Assembly (NCBI GenBank): GCA_965644295.1
Contig: CBFFRP010000423.1
Span: 310,001-374,000, forward strand
Direction: 5' to 3'
DNA length: 64,000 nt
DNA from: Paraphysomonas bandaiensis
Lineage: Eukaryota > Protista > Chrysophyceae
Part shown: one piece after another, positions 27,101 through 40,165 of the stretch
Layout: each line of letters opens with the position of its first letter
Numbering within the stretch: position 1 is the first letter of the stretch
The notes under the pieces: model-generated
What the model saw: the letters and a program-made list of their open reading frames with translations, nothing else
Told to the model about the DNA's origin: nothing
Database searches by the model: none
Position numbers and translations under genes: made by a program

Positions 27101-30100
27101 GATGTGAAAATAAGAGCACTGGAGGTGGCGGCGCATATTACCCGGGCCATAATGGATGCTACTGGTCATGCAAATCTAATATATATGGATATCATTGCGA
27201 ACGATGACAATGCTGAGGGACTTGGAGGTGGATGGATGGCCAGGGGACAGGACGAAGAAGATGATGGGGACGATGATAGCAGTGTATCATCTGTGAAGAA
27301 TGCAGTACGACGAAAGTCGTATAGCATAAAGAACCGTCGAGCGGTGAATATACAGGGGGCGGAGCTTTTGCAACAAGCAATCAAGATATATCAGGAAAAG
27401 GAATCTATTGCTAAGGCTGTCAAATTTCTTATATCGAAGAACTTTATGTCAGATACTCCTCATGAAATCGCAAGTTTTGTGAGGATATACAAGGATAACT
27501 TTGACCCAACCGCAATTGGCGATTTTCTTGGTGAGGGTGGACGCAATGAAAAGGAAGAGGAGTATTGGAACTTAATTCGATACAGATATACCCGAGCAGT
27601 TAGTTTTGTAGACATGGAGGTAGAGACTGCGCTGAGGCTTTACCTGACTGGGTGCGGATTCCGTATGCCCGGAGAGGCTCAAAAAATAGACCGATTTATC
27701 TCCGCTTTTGTGAAGGTATTTTGGCAAGATAATAGAAATACCGAGTACTGTCCTTTTGCTCATGAAGATACTGTGCATCTTCTCTCGTATGCGACGATCA
27801 TGCTGAACACTGATTTACACAGAGCTAATCTCGATAAGAAGAAGAGTGCGAAAAAAATGACTAAGGTGGACTTCATAAAGAACCTTCGTGGTTGTGACCA
27901 AGGCAACGATATTGACCCCGAGTACTTAGGGAGGGTGTATGATGACATCGCTGCCAATCGCATTGAGATGGCCGTAGATAAACCTGGAGATGATGCTACG
28001 AAAGCTCTCAAAGAAGTAGCAGATAAGGAATCGACAGTGACAGACCCTGAGACTCATAAACTGTATGTAACTGAACTTTTGCGCAATCTGCGCAATTACG
28101 AAGATCTTCTTCGTTCCCTTTCTCCTTACACACACAAATTTTATATCATGGGGGTGGATATTAGCATAAGCATGGAGCTGGTGTCGTTCATGTTTGAAAG
28201 TGTGTGGCATCACTTCCATGCCATTGTGGATGGACTGCTAACTAAGATAAGCAACGAGGAGAACGTAATTTTTTCTGCCTTGGATGTTCTATGCAATGCG
28301 TTGACGTCGTGTATATTCCTTGATCTTAAGGTGGAGAAGCTGGCATTTGCCACTCAGTTGGCACGGTTCCGTCATATATGTGAGATGGCAGAAGCGTCAG
28401 ATGGTCCTTCAGCAGGTAAAAGCCTTCAGACAGGCGCTAGCTTCGCAAGCGGGGCATTTCGGAAGGAAAAGTGGTTCATGAGTGTCGAGCAGTCAACTGC
28501 AGAGACAGCCATTACCGCGATTGCTGAGGTTCATGGCATCATTGTACTTCTCAAGGACGTTGTTCGCCTCTGCGCTAGGCGTGAGGCAACGAAGCTGGTT
28601 TTCGCTAGAATCGAAAAGAAGGCCAATTTAAAAGATTCTAACCGTTTTTTTATCATGGAAGGAGACCTGCGGAAGAAAAGTAGAACTGGAAAGTATTCCC
28701 TATATCGTTTTTTTTTATTTTCGGATATGCTAGTCTATGCGCACCAGGGGTTTTCAGAGTATAAAGTACATGGCCAGTTGGACCTGGAAAACACGACGCT
28801 GGACGGGTATGTGAAGGATGATGCTTCTAACTGCTCATTTTACGTTAACAACCCAAAGAAAAGTTTTGTGGTAATGGCTGAATCACATGCTGAAAAGCAG
28901 ATGTGGTTTAGATCAATAAATGATGCTATCTCGACGTTCACGCATCGTCGACAGGGCAGACGACTTTCTATTCTTGACCGTATGGAATCTCAAGAAAAGG
29001 AAGTTTCCAGCCGCCAAATGTTGCATGAAAGTATATCCGCCAAGTCTTCCAGGAACCTTCTTGGCCGGGCTGCGTCTTCCACGTCGATACCCGCCATTGA
29101 TGGAGCAAAGAGTGAGTCTGGTGAAGTTCAGTGCACACCCGACAATGAAAATGAGGTCCCTGCTTCTTCTGTAGAATCTGAGAGTCCCGGCAAGATCATA
29201 CAGATGAGTCCTTTTTCTGAGGTTGAGAGTACTGGTACGTGCATCTGTAGGAGCCTATTCGACTGGGGTTAATGTATGATATATTCGATTTTGGTATTTG
29301 ACGTGTTGTAGCTGTAAATTATTGTGTCAGGTGAAATAATGCTTTTTATGTATAGGTGCCAAAGCAGACGAAAATATAGCAGCTACAAGCACTGATTTTG
29401 GTCATGGGAGCGTGCAAGTGGATAAAACTAGCACTGATTTTAGCCATGTGAACGTGCAAGTTAATAAAACACCTGTATCTATGGGGTATACCAGTGAACA
29501 TAATATGAATGGGCTGGAAATAGATAGTTTTGATGAGAGCACGAATGAATTACTGCAAATTGAAGGACGAGCTTTGTCCCGACGGGATTCGAAGTCTACC
29601 CCGGATAGAAATGACCCTTTCGTCTCATACTCAGAAGTGCGTGGGCCGTTTAAAGACAGTGGAAGTGGAGCGGACCATAGTTGTCGGTCTGTTGGATCTT
29701 CGCCATCACCGGAGCACGGTAATGCCAGCACATCACGTGAAGGGTCCCTGAATGGGGACCATGATCCGGATACTCCGATTAACAGAGAAGCCCGTTCTTT
29801 ATCCGCCTTATCCTCAGATACAAGTCACCAAGAGAGTGATATATCGGAGACTGGCGATGATCCACTCCATGATTGCTCAGTATACGTCTCGCAGCTCAAT
29901 GCGAAGAGACTATCAAGGCTATTTATAAAAGTTAGTAGTTGAGAATATATATTATGTGCTATTGTGGCGTTAGTTGACAATTTGAGGCGCACATTCTATA
30001 GCGATCTAATCTTCTTGTTCACAACAGGGGCTGAAGCAGTGGAAGGATCTTTTGGATTCGAAAGCTCCAATGGCCGATCCTATAAAATTCAAGGTATTTT

Positions 30101-30343
30101 TCATATTTGGTATATTAATACGATAAATCTTAGCTGGTATGACAGCTCTATGGGTTATATAAGTTAGCTAAAGATGGGCCAGCGCCGAAGGTAGATTCCA
30201 CAGAGGAGAATATGGAGTGCATTCAATACAGGCAAATGAAAGCCTGGAAAGAGTCAGGCTGTCTTTCAACTGTGGATGCGCAGAGATGTTTCATTGTTAC
30301 ACTATTTTCGATTGTCCCAGATTGGGATTACACCGTGAATTAG
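24169..30343 (+). CDS. Large ARF-GEF: MABP, DCB/HUS-like ARM, Sec7, PH and C-terminal acyl-CoA-binding (ACB) domain
   Basis: MABP repeats (PITDICLI..VPEGY..ADLNTGS..YICIKK), EMFVNFD (HUS-box-like), Sec7 GFRMPGEAQKIDR and IMLNTDLH, PH (EGDLRKK..FFLFSDMLVY..EKQMW). Introns 29235-29355, 29931-30027 and 30094-30145 keep the frame to TAG 30343. Confidence 0.88.
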
Positions 30344-32590
30344 GTTGCTATTGGCCTATCTATATTATGGTTTTCGTTCGTAATTACAACTGCATGGTCA
30401 TATATATTGATAATATAATAATGATACTAGAGTGGAATTATTTCCATGATTAGGAAAGTTAGTCCGGGGAGATAAGACTTGCTCCGGAGAAGATAAGCGA
30501 GCGATCTATGAAACGACTTTAAATTTCGTAATGAAAACGATAATATAATAGATCTTTGACAGTTAATGACCCCGCGACATCTGGAAACGCTCTTATATCT
30601 TCGAGTCAACAGAAACCTTTGTTGTCTATATCTACTCCGACATCACCCTTCCAATTCAATATATTGTTTCCTAGCCCCTGGTATAATGTATAATCAACTG
30701 TGGATGCTTGTTAGGATTCAGATATTAGGGTTTTACTCTGCTTAAATGAGATAGTTCATTAATAAATGTCGAGACCTCGCATAATTTGGACGGTTTAATC
30801 TTATTAACTGAACATAATATGCACTCAAAGCGTAACCTATACATTAATTTAATTACTATCAATCTCACTTACCGATCATTAGCATTTACTGATACTGATC
30901 GAGAAAATCAATCTCTTTGGCAAATTTTAGTGTGTGTTTTGGAGATTTTAGAGTGATATATAATGATATCTTGACTTTATTGAAATGCATTTATTTAACG
31001 ACATATATTTTTATAGTAATATAGATTGCGGGCACGTAGTTTGCATTTTTTTTCACTAAAGGAAGTTTTATTCACCCTTGTCAAATTGGTTGAATTTCCT
31101 AGAGGTTGAGTTTCAAAAAATCTAGTAATTAATTTTGATGGCTAGAGGTAAATTCGTTAATCACCGAGCCATCCCAATCATATTGTGAAAAGTGAAAATA
31201 TGAATATTTAAGAACTGGATTTTCAACCCCTGTGACTAGTAAATTACACCCAATTGATTACAGGTCCTTATAGTAGATCCCGTGAGTAAAACGCATAATA
31301 GTATAATATTCTTATTTATCAGAAGAAATTACGAATAATATTATGATATTTTGTACCTCTGAGGCATTTCCGGAGCTGCTTTCTGTTTTAGGCACTTCAG
31401 ATGCTGGAGTGTGACTCAGAGAGGGGACATATATAAGGTGAAACTTTCACAAATCATTTTTGTGTGTGAACTTAAGTTTAGGTTTATTATGCAAAAAAAA
31501 AACTCGCAAAAGTAACTTTTGTTACACTACAACCGAACAGGTAAATCCACTGTAGGAACTGAGTTTTTTGGGGGCAAGCTTCACACAAGCCATAAACAGA
31601 ACGCAATTACTAAAAATCCTTTTGAATTATCTGCAAAATTACTTGACTTCGTGGCAAGAGATACTTCTTATAGTTATTATAGTGTTTCTTGGTTGATTGA
31701 GGTATGGAGTTGCATCTGTGGTGATGCAATGATGAGCAGCAGTTTGCCCAGATCATCGAGCGCTTTGATAAGATCAATCAAAGATCGGCGTTTAACTCAA
31801 TTGGAGTAGAAAGTCTCTACGGTAGAGAAAACCAATTCGAGAAAAGCCATACCTGCTTCTTCAGTAAAAACTTCCTCCAAAAGAAGATATATTATTTTAT
31901 TTTAACTAGAGGTACTATATATATCATGTCGATGATCAATAAATAAGTGGTCTAATAAGTATAATACTTATCCAGTATGCGTCTATCCAGTATTTAAATT
32001 ATCATTGACTTGGATTTGATGTATTGGAATGCTATATATAGAAGTCTAGTTGCATTGGGGGCGTTGATATAGCAGTACTGATTATATATATCAGACCTTG
32101 CAACAATACATTAGCCTAGTGTTGCGAGACACTCACTGAGATTGCGGTTTGTGAGAAGAGACAGATAAATATAAGCGTTAGATTAAGATTATCGTCTTCT
32201 TGAAAAGAGGATAAAAAGCTTTAAGGGTTAGGGTCTGCAGGATTGACGCATTACCTTAGCTGAATAAATGAATAAATAGCCCGACTTCCTGATGTAGTAC
32301 TACCATATTTGGTCAGAATATGTAAAACATTTGCTTATTTTATTAAAACGTCAATTATGCTGTCCTCAGAAGTAGAGTGCCCCGTCAAAGAAAAACACAA
32401 TTGACAGTTATTTTGAGTACATTGACATGCATTACACAGAACTAGAGTATGCAAATCCACAAAGAAGGTCCGCCTGGTAAATACTTGGAACTATTCGATT
32501 AGGGTTTGGGATTATTAGAAATAATACTTTCTCACCACAAACTGGGGCGTGGTAATAGTCCTACGACATTGAGTGGAAGTTCTGTTTATA

Positions 32591-34759
32591 TCATTGCTCC
32601 CACAGATTAATATCCTCAATGTTTCCCATATACAGACGTATCAACGCTTCTTCCACCATCGCTTCGTAGCTATCATAATTGTCCCTACAATATACACAGT
32701 CCTCCCCAGCCCTGATACTGCATTCTGCAATTTCATTGGCCACCTTTAATTCCTCCGTGGACATGAGGCGACACGGCATCTCATCTAGCCCACAAAACTT
32801 TGGACTGGTCGTTTCTTGTTTGTTAAACATGTTTTGCTCACACTGGGCAGCAATATATCCTATAATGCGTCTGTTGATGTCGAAGGCGGGGCAGCCGATC
32901 GGCATTGTCAAATTTCTGGAGTTGAAACGCTTAACTACAATATAATGGGTGTTGGTGCCTCTCCCTTCCTGAAACATGAGCACTTGTTAAAAATTCCCAC
33001 GAATACTATACATACGATATAATATCATTTCTCGAGAGCGTGCATGCACCTGTGGGGTTGGAGGGCCGAGGCTATAGCTCAGAGTCTCGAATATATCCGC
33101 AGTAGTAGCTCTATTCATACTTGGTATCGAAACAGAACTTACATCTCGATCTCTTGGGGGGATAGAGAGGTTATAATATCCGCCAGCAGACTCATCCCCA
33201 GTAGCCATATTGGAACTCTCCCTGTCACGAGCTGACATTGAGAGGTTTAGTAGTAACGCTGATCCCGTCCGAAAGCTCTCACTATCAGAGCGTTCCCTTG
33301 AGAGACCTCCAGAAATACTACGTTGTGGACCGTTAGTTACGTTCTTCTGGTTGTTTGCAATTTGAGGTCGGTTTCCTGTGGATGGTGCAGAAGCCCCAGC
33401 TGCCACAGAAGTGGTAGAAACGCTTGTCTCAGGTACATGCAATGCATGGTAGAGATAGTTGGCACTAGGAACAGCTGCATCATTAAACCGCTGCACCAAT
33501 TCATCAATTACAGAGTTTGGGTTTGTCATTTCATATAGCGGCCTAGTGCTTCCATCTGGTTGGCGCTCGTTACCATATTGACGCCATTTCATTACCAGCA
33601 TACTCTCAATGGCAGTATACATCCAATCAATCATCGCGGTGACGGCAGATGACGGTGAAAGTGCAGCGTTTCCTGGTATAGTAGTGCTATTTGCTGGAAG
33701 TGATAGAGATGAAGGCAGCACAGAGCTCGCAGAAGACTTCACATCTGCATACGGAAATTAGACACTGCACAGAAATGTGTCCCATCGAACTAACCTGTTC
33801 GTTGCGTACTACTCGGTGGAAGTAACGCATGAGAGTTTGACATAGCCAAATCCCTTGTCCTCTTTTGTCGAGTAGAAGCATTTATTTTGGACCGGACTTC
33901 AATAGGTATGCTGGCTGCAGGAGATATGTCGCTATTGAGAGGATGTTTCCCGGTGTCTGGAGACACTTGTATAATGAATGATTGCTTCTGGTGATTCTTA
34001 GAAACATCCTCGATACGTAAGCGAAGGAGGGCTTTACCAGTTTCATCGATGAGCAGCTTGTTATCCGGATTTATTTTCAAAATTTCCTGCCTAAGTACTT
34101 TCATGCCACTCTCGTACAAAAGGGAAACCCGAAGGGGCACTTTTCGTGCAACAATGAGCTCGTTGTTAGAATCTCGCAAGCCCAGATGTAAATCAATACA
34201 CTTGTCCTTCCCTCCCTCATCCTTATACCAAGTACCACGAATGTTGTGTTCTTCAATCGTGAGGCGATAACGTATGGCAAGCATGGGCTCCGATACTGCT
34301 GGTGTGATGTAAGAGCCATCGCCTCCTTCACAAGAGGCGTGAAGAACGAACTTTCTATTTTCATAATGCATCGAGAGGTTAGCAATTTGCATTTGAACCG
34401 TTGCTGTTCCTGTTTTGGCAATAGTGAGGGGTTGACCACCATTCTCAATCACCTGAATATACACACTGAAAATATTCATAAACCAAAGCGATAAATATCA
34501 CCAGAATATTATCTTCACAATCTTTCGGCGGTTTCTCATCAAAACACAGCTTTAGGTACAAGGGGTACTCCTCACTATGAGTTATATATCACAATATCGT
34601 GATCGAAGAGAGGAGGTATAGAGGCAAATATACTCACCCACATTTCAGTTGATTGGAATCATCTAATAAATGAATAGCGACACCAAACGAATTGTTGACG
34701 AACGGAAACTTCGGAACATCCCCAATCTTCAGTCGGAGAGAAGGCTTGTCCCTCGACAT
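32591..34759 (-). CDS. Multi-exon protein of unknown function with beta-rich (Ig-like) domain(s)
   Basis: Colinear ORFs 33790-34479, 32987-33742 and 32591-32983 are separated by GT-AG introns. ATG at 34759 (MSRDKPSLRLKIG). Motif WYKDEGGKDK. Confidence 0.7.
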
Positions 34760-35137
34760 GGTTTGCAACCCCTCTAGAGATAGCCACAAAGATCACGTGG
34801 ATATATGCGTAAAAGGATGGGAGAAAATTGTCGGAAATTCTGCCACTATTTCTGTGTCTGTGAGACTCAAAAAAGAATACGGCTAATTTGAATCTAGACT
34901 GTACGTACTGCGGAAGTTATAATAGAGCTGAAATCTTTAATCGTCAGAAACTGAAAAGCAAGTATCGCCAGAAAGGAAGGGTGTGTGGGAAGATCCATAT
35001 GGCTGTGAATCCAGGAGTGTGAGTGGATGTGTATCCGCCTCTTGTGTTCACATCATATCTCTTTGTTCACTCGTAACATCTAAGCTGTAAACACATCAAC
35101 CTCTTCCCTTTATTGATTGAAATTACAGTGTATAGAG

Positions 35138-36070
35138 ATGGGTTGTGGATCAAGTAGCTCAGCTGAGGGAGCTGAGTTGGCGAAAAAACAGGAAGACGAG
35201 AGATTTGAGCGAGAGGAGAAGAGGAGGCTAGAAAAGGAGCGATTGCAGAAAGAGAAAGAAGATGAAGAGCGAAAGTCTTCAACTGAGAATAGGGCTGCTG
35301 AGTTGGATAAACAAGCGAACGAGGCAGTTGCTGAAGGAATCGCGAATCGAATCGCTGAAGATCTCGCACAGAAGAAGATCGACGAATCACGAGAAGCCGA
35401 ACAGGCTGCTAAAGAACAACAGGAAACTCAAGTAATGGAAAGTTTTAAAGGCATGGGGGCCAAATTAAGATTTCGAGAGGCTTTGGCGCATGGAAATATG
35501 GATATGGCACGTGATGCTGGCGCCAACATGTTACAGGGAGCATGGCGTGCCAAGATCGCTCGAAGGAAAATGGAAGCTAAGCGTGCTGAAAAGCAACGAC
35601 TGTTAGAGGAAGGATATGTGCGTAAAATACAATGTAGATATCGGGCTCGACTAGCCCATAAACGGGTGGAAGAATTGCGAGCTGAACGCCTACGGGTATT
35701 GCAAGCCGCTACCAAACCTGTGCAGATTGAAGAAGTTAATGTGCAGTCAAGTGGGGTGCCGGCTATGAAGGTTGGATATTTGCAGAAGGAGGGCCATGTA
35801 AGAAAGAACTGGAAAATTCGGTATTTTGTTCTTATGGCTGATGATTCGGGTGGCTCTACGTTAAAATACTATGTTAAGGAGAAATCAACCCCTCCATATG
35901 GTGAGAGCGAGAAAGGGTCCCTCAATCTTAAGGGATGCACTGTCAACGTGGAAAACGTATACGCGGTGCTAACAACTGACGGGAAGAGTTTAAAAGTGAA
36001 GTTTTCTGGTGCCGAGGACAGACATTCTTGGATGAGTGCTATAGAACAGCACATTCAGTATGCCTCTTAG
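35138..36070 (+). CDS. N-acylated coiled-coil/IQ/PH-domain protein
   Basis: MGCGSS myristoylation/palmitoylation signal. IQ motifs LQGAWRAKIAR and IQCRYRARLAH. PH domain KVGYLQKEGHVRKNWKIRYFVL...SWMSAI. Confidence 0.85.
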   Translation: MGCGSSSSAEGAELAKKQEDERFEREEKRRLEKERLQKEKEDEERKSSTENRAAELDKQANEAVAEGIANRIAEDLAQKKIDESREAEQAAKEQQETQVMESFKGMGAKLRFREALAHGNMDMARDAGANMLQGAWRAKIARRKMEAKRAEKQRLLEEGYVRKIQCRYRARLAHKRVEELRAERLRVLQAATKPVQIEEVNVQSSGVPAMKVGYLQKEGHVRKNWKIRYFVLMADDSGGSTLKYYVKEKSTPPYGESEKGSLNLKGCTVNVENVYAVLTTDGKSLKVKFSGAEDRHSWMSAIEQHIQYAS

Positions 36071-36122
36071 ACAGACGTTCTTGGATGAGTGCTATAGAAG
36101 AGCACATTCAGTATGCCTCTTA
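36017..36122 (+). repeat. 53-bp tandem duplication of the last codons of the PH gene
   Basis: GACAGAC(a/g)TTCTTGGATGAGTGCTATAGAA(c/g)AGCACATTCAGTATGCCTCTTA occurs twice. Confidence 0.95.
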
Positions 36123-36899
36123 ACTTAAGGAATCATGATATTGATATGGATTTTATTTCACTGTGCCATACTATTTGTGTCGTTTACCCTATAATGTTAT
36201 TTTCACCGTGGTTATGTTCAATTAGCTCTTGGTACTTGTCCGTTACTCTACCCACGGATTTTTTTAATATAATATTATTACACTTTAGAGTGAAAAAATG
36301 TATTGGAGATGATTAAAGTAGTGCTACTGTCATACAACTACAATCGCTGCCGAACTCTAGAACTCTAGTACCAAAGTAATGTACTATTGTATAACATATA
36401 ATATCGTCAGGAAACTAGATATAGTACAAGTATGTACAATATCGTCTAATAGGCCACATTTGTTGCTGTTGTCAGCAGTGAAACCAAGGTGTTATGTGTA
36501 TCAAATAGTAGTCACAATATTTTAATTTTACCCTACTTCTTTAACATGAACTTGCGCGTTACCGTCAACTCTAATTCTGTATATAGTATTAAAGGCTGCA
36601 GCAAGTGCAAGTATCATTAAGGTTGGGAGTTGGATATCTGCAATAAAGGCAATCAACGAAAATGAGAATATGCTACATAATTCGAATATTATAATATCAA
36701 CTTAACTCAGGCAACAAGGCATTCAGAACGTCGATGTAAATTAAACGCCCGTGTGCACATTCCCACGGAAAGTCTTGTCTCCTAGCACATGCATTTCAAT
36801 TTTCAATGTTTCAATGTACCATTACGCGACCGATTTTTTTGCTATCGCGTCAAAAACGTGGCAACACAGGACTGAAATGTAGCAACACCCAGCAGAAAC

Positions 36900-37417
36900 C
36901 GCGGGTTCTATGCTTACTACGTGTAAAGCGGAGACATCAGCTCGTCTTCCTCTTCCACTACCCCAGCCTCAGAGGATATGTTACGATGCCAACTCCGTCA
37001 GCTACTCCTCTGCCCCAGGCCCAACTCGCGGCCCAAGCCATTCCAAGACACGTTGGAGTCCCAATCTACCCCCTCACCCATGTATCTCAGGCTAGGAACA
37101 CTCGACTCACTGATACAGAATCCTCCTCCACAAAGTCCTGCGGTATCCTACCCCCAGGGGCGTTCCCCTGACTAACCACTTCTGTACTTCAGGAACTCAC
37201 GTCCACAGAGAGCTTCTCCCTCACATACAAGAGCGAAAGTGGTCGCACCTTGGTACTTGCGACGACGCACAAGCAGCTTCAGTACCGTTACATAGTAGAA
37301 TAGGAGAATTTGTACCTGTTAGATGCAGGTAAAAGTCGATCTAGTTGGACTAGTCTTCATCTAACAACTTATCTGGTGATGGCTGTTGACGCCTACTGCT
37401 AATAATAAGACTGTCAT
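36900..37417 (+). mobile_element. Diverged 5'-truncated non-LTR retrotransposon fragment
   Basis: The ORF end LGTLDSLIQNPPPQSPAVSYPQGRSPD* is homologous to LGALRTLIQNAEPPPKPMETHPKGRPPD at 49.7 kb. It is followed by the shared 3' UTR (GAAAGTGGTCGCACCTTGG...GCTAATAATAAGAC). The 5' boundary is approximate. Confidence 0.8.
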
Positions 37418-38378
37418 ATGCACTTCTCCTGCATTGTGCAACATTATCACTTTCGGGTGGATGATGATCTCACTTCTTTTTTTGTAGAGCTTTTGCACTA
37501 AAGGTAAAAATCCCTATTTTCACGGGATCAACAGTCATTCACAACAATGCGACGCTATGGTAATAGCTTCGAATCTAATAGACTACTAAAGATAGAGAAC
37601 ACGACCTTACAACCTTACTTGAGCAAGGTCGTCATATATAGCATCGTCCAACTAAAGAAGGAGAATGCTCGGTACTAAGGTCAAAGGAGTACTCTGCGAA
37701 GAGATGCGTTGAGAATCGCACCGCACCACGTAGACATTCCCAGGGGTAGAACTATCCGCAGAGAGGATGCCAAGGCTTCGATACAAAAGTAAAATGTCCA
37801 CTTGTTTCAGTAATAACAGCTACTTCTGTTTGTTCTCTGGCATGTATTCTTGCTTGTCAGGAGTGTTTCCTCACAAAACAATGTCGCAATGAAATGCTTT
37901 CACTGCAGAACTTCCTCTGTGCACGAGAAACACCACTCTAGAGTAGCACTGGAGCCATCAAATATGAGGAGTGTCGTAGTGCATCATCCACACAGATATT
38001 CATATATATAGTCCTCATGATTTCTACATTTCTAATTCACTGATTCAGATCGGAATGTGTGTATTACGAATCCGCAGAGTAAAGCCATATTTCATCGATC
38101 TACTACATCGCCATGCATTAATACATGAGCCCGACGATCCAGCCATGTCAAGGCAGAAATACCAGTGACAGCCAATCCAATGATAAGCAAATGCATGCAG
38201 GATAATATCCGGTTCGTGGGGTTTCTTGCCATCTCCTGTCCGATATCTTTATATTTTGGGCTCTTGAAGTCCAAATATCCAGATTTTTGATTTCTAGATT
38301 TCAAAAAATGAAAAAGCTGGAGATGAACATCATCATTGTGAAAAGGGATGAATGTGACATGGACCTGGACACAAAGCA

Positions 38379-39617
38379 ATGAGGCTAGCTCTGTGGATAA
38401 TTTTGGGATGTTTGGTGTTAACCAGAGCCTTCCCACAGTATCCAGTCTATCTTCCGTTCAGGAGAACTGGATCTGGGTCTGTCACACAGTTTTTAGCCAG
38501 CCAGTACCATAGTCGACTCATGTGGTGGAATAGCGAACCCTTAGAATGCTCTCGAGGTCCGTTTGACTATCGTAGTACATGGAATCTGTACATGAATAAT
38601 GTTATAAGCCATTGTCTGACCTGTCGAGATTGCTCTCCTGCTCTGGTACTTCTCGTTCGTAACCCGGTGGATAGATTTATATCGCAGATATTCTTCCACT
38701 ACTCTGATGTATATCGCTATTTTAAAAATTCTGATTCCGCAATAGCGCTTGGAGTAATGCGAAAACTTTTGTTCTCGTCGAAGACAGTAACACCAGATGA
38801 CATGATAACACTGTTTTATTCTATGCGCAATGTATCGAATCTAAACCTGTATTTGTATCCGTATGAGCAGCGCCTATCAAGATCTATAAATGAGATCTAC
38901 TATCCATCGAAAAAAGGTTTAAAAGCCGCTTTGTCAGCAATTGACTCTGAGTTTGCTGTTGTGGGCACAACGGAGCGGATGTCGTCATTTTTGGTCCTTC
39001 TGTCGCGCACATTTCGCACCAAACTTTCTCGTTACTATGTTCGAGATAGAAAAGACCATGGACATAACGGGGGTACTAATTTTTCTACTTCTAAAGGTAC
39101 TTTCGTTGGAGGTAACGATTCATCTACTGAAAATAGTGACAGTTCTGCGCAACGAACTCACAATATCCAACTATTCGATGGTGATGATGACTTCTATAAC
39201 GAAGACTGGCGACAACTAAATCTGAGGCAGGCCTGTCGTTATCATCTCATCCATGGAATGGGAAATGGATATCCACTTTTACGTCGCACCCATCTTCCGT
39301 CGAAGACAAAGTTATTTACGGAAGACGCCATTGCGGCGCTACAAAAGGAACTCCTGCAGGAGTGGCAGATATGGAGGTATACCAATAGAAAGCACAAGGA
39401 ACAACTTCGATACCAACAGTTAAGTAATGAAGACGCTAGTGATATATGGAATCGTACATGTAGTGGAGTTAAGCGAATAACATTTCTCTCTGACTTGAAA
39501 CAAAAAGTAAATAGAGGTCCTAAGCCTCCTGCTAAAAGGACTGGAAAAGATGTGAGAAAGGGACGCCGTGGAGGGAATAAGGGAGGTTTTGTGCATACAA
39601 GAAAACCAAAATTATAG
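38379..39617 (+). CDS. Secretory-pathway sulfotransferase-like protein
   Basis: Signal peptide/anchor, 5'PSB-like YLPFRRTGSGSV, 3'PB-like LVRNPVDRFISQIF, FAVVGTTER. Confidence 0.6.
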   Translation: MRLALWIILGCLVLTRAFPQYPVYLPFRRTGSGSVTQFLASQYHSRLMWWNSEPLECSRGPFDYRSTWNLYMNNVISHCLTCRDCSPALVLLVRNPVDRFISQIFFHYSDVYRYFKNSDSAIALGVMRKLLFSSKTVTPDDMITLFYSMRNVSNLNLYLYPYEQRLSRSINEIYYPSKKGLKAALSAIDSEFAVVGTTERMSSFLVLLSRTFRTKLSRYYVRDRKDHGHNGGTNFSTSKGTFVGGNDSSTENSDSSAQRTHNIQLFDGDDDFYNEDWRQLNLRQACRYHLIHGMGNGYPLLRRTHLPSKTKLFTEDAIAALQKELLQEWQIWRYTNRKHKEQLRYQQLSNEDASDIWNRTCSGVKRITFLSDLKQKVNRGPKPPAKRTGKDVRKGRRGGNKGGFVHTRKPKL

Positions 39618-40165
39618 TTTTAGTATTAGCACATTGCATAGCACCCGTGCTATGGAATATTATTGTTCTGGACATGTATTAGTGATTCATGGACGAAGTA
39701 CTTTTTCCACATTATTTTGTGTTATAAATCTATTAAATGGATCATTGCATTACAATCATCATCTGCTAAATTTGTTCGAAGCCCACAATTATATATTGCT
39801 TGCAGTTGCAAATACTTCCTCTTGTCCGAATACATGATGAAGTTACTACTCTGAGCATATTCGTCAAGGCCAGATACTTTGTGTTGATATCGAACTGCGG
39901 CAGCCACAGAGTTATAATAGAAATATTTGGTAGTAGTTCTTATTGAAGTATATACTGGAGTAATGTTTGTCCAGTGGCATTGACTCCTCTACAGAATATA
40001 ATAGTATGAATATTTAAACTCACATATATGTGTCTCACAATTAATCAATACTATATATATTATATTCATTAATGCCCGAGAATCAAATTCCATGTATAAA
40101 TAACATTTCAGTTCCAGTATTTGTACCTCCTCGTTCGAGAAGACGCAACTGATCGAATCTCATAT

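Noticed and set aside
30400-32500. Long AT-rich intergenic region with short ORFs
   Set aside because: No TIRs, TSDs, coding motifs or repeats that I could support.
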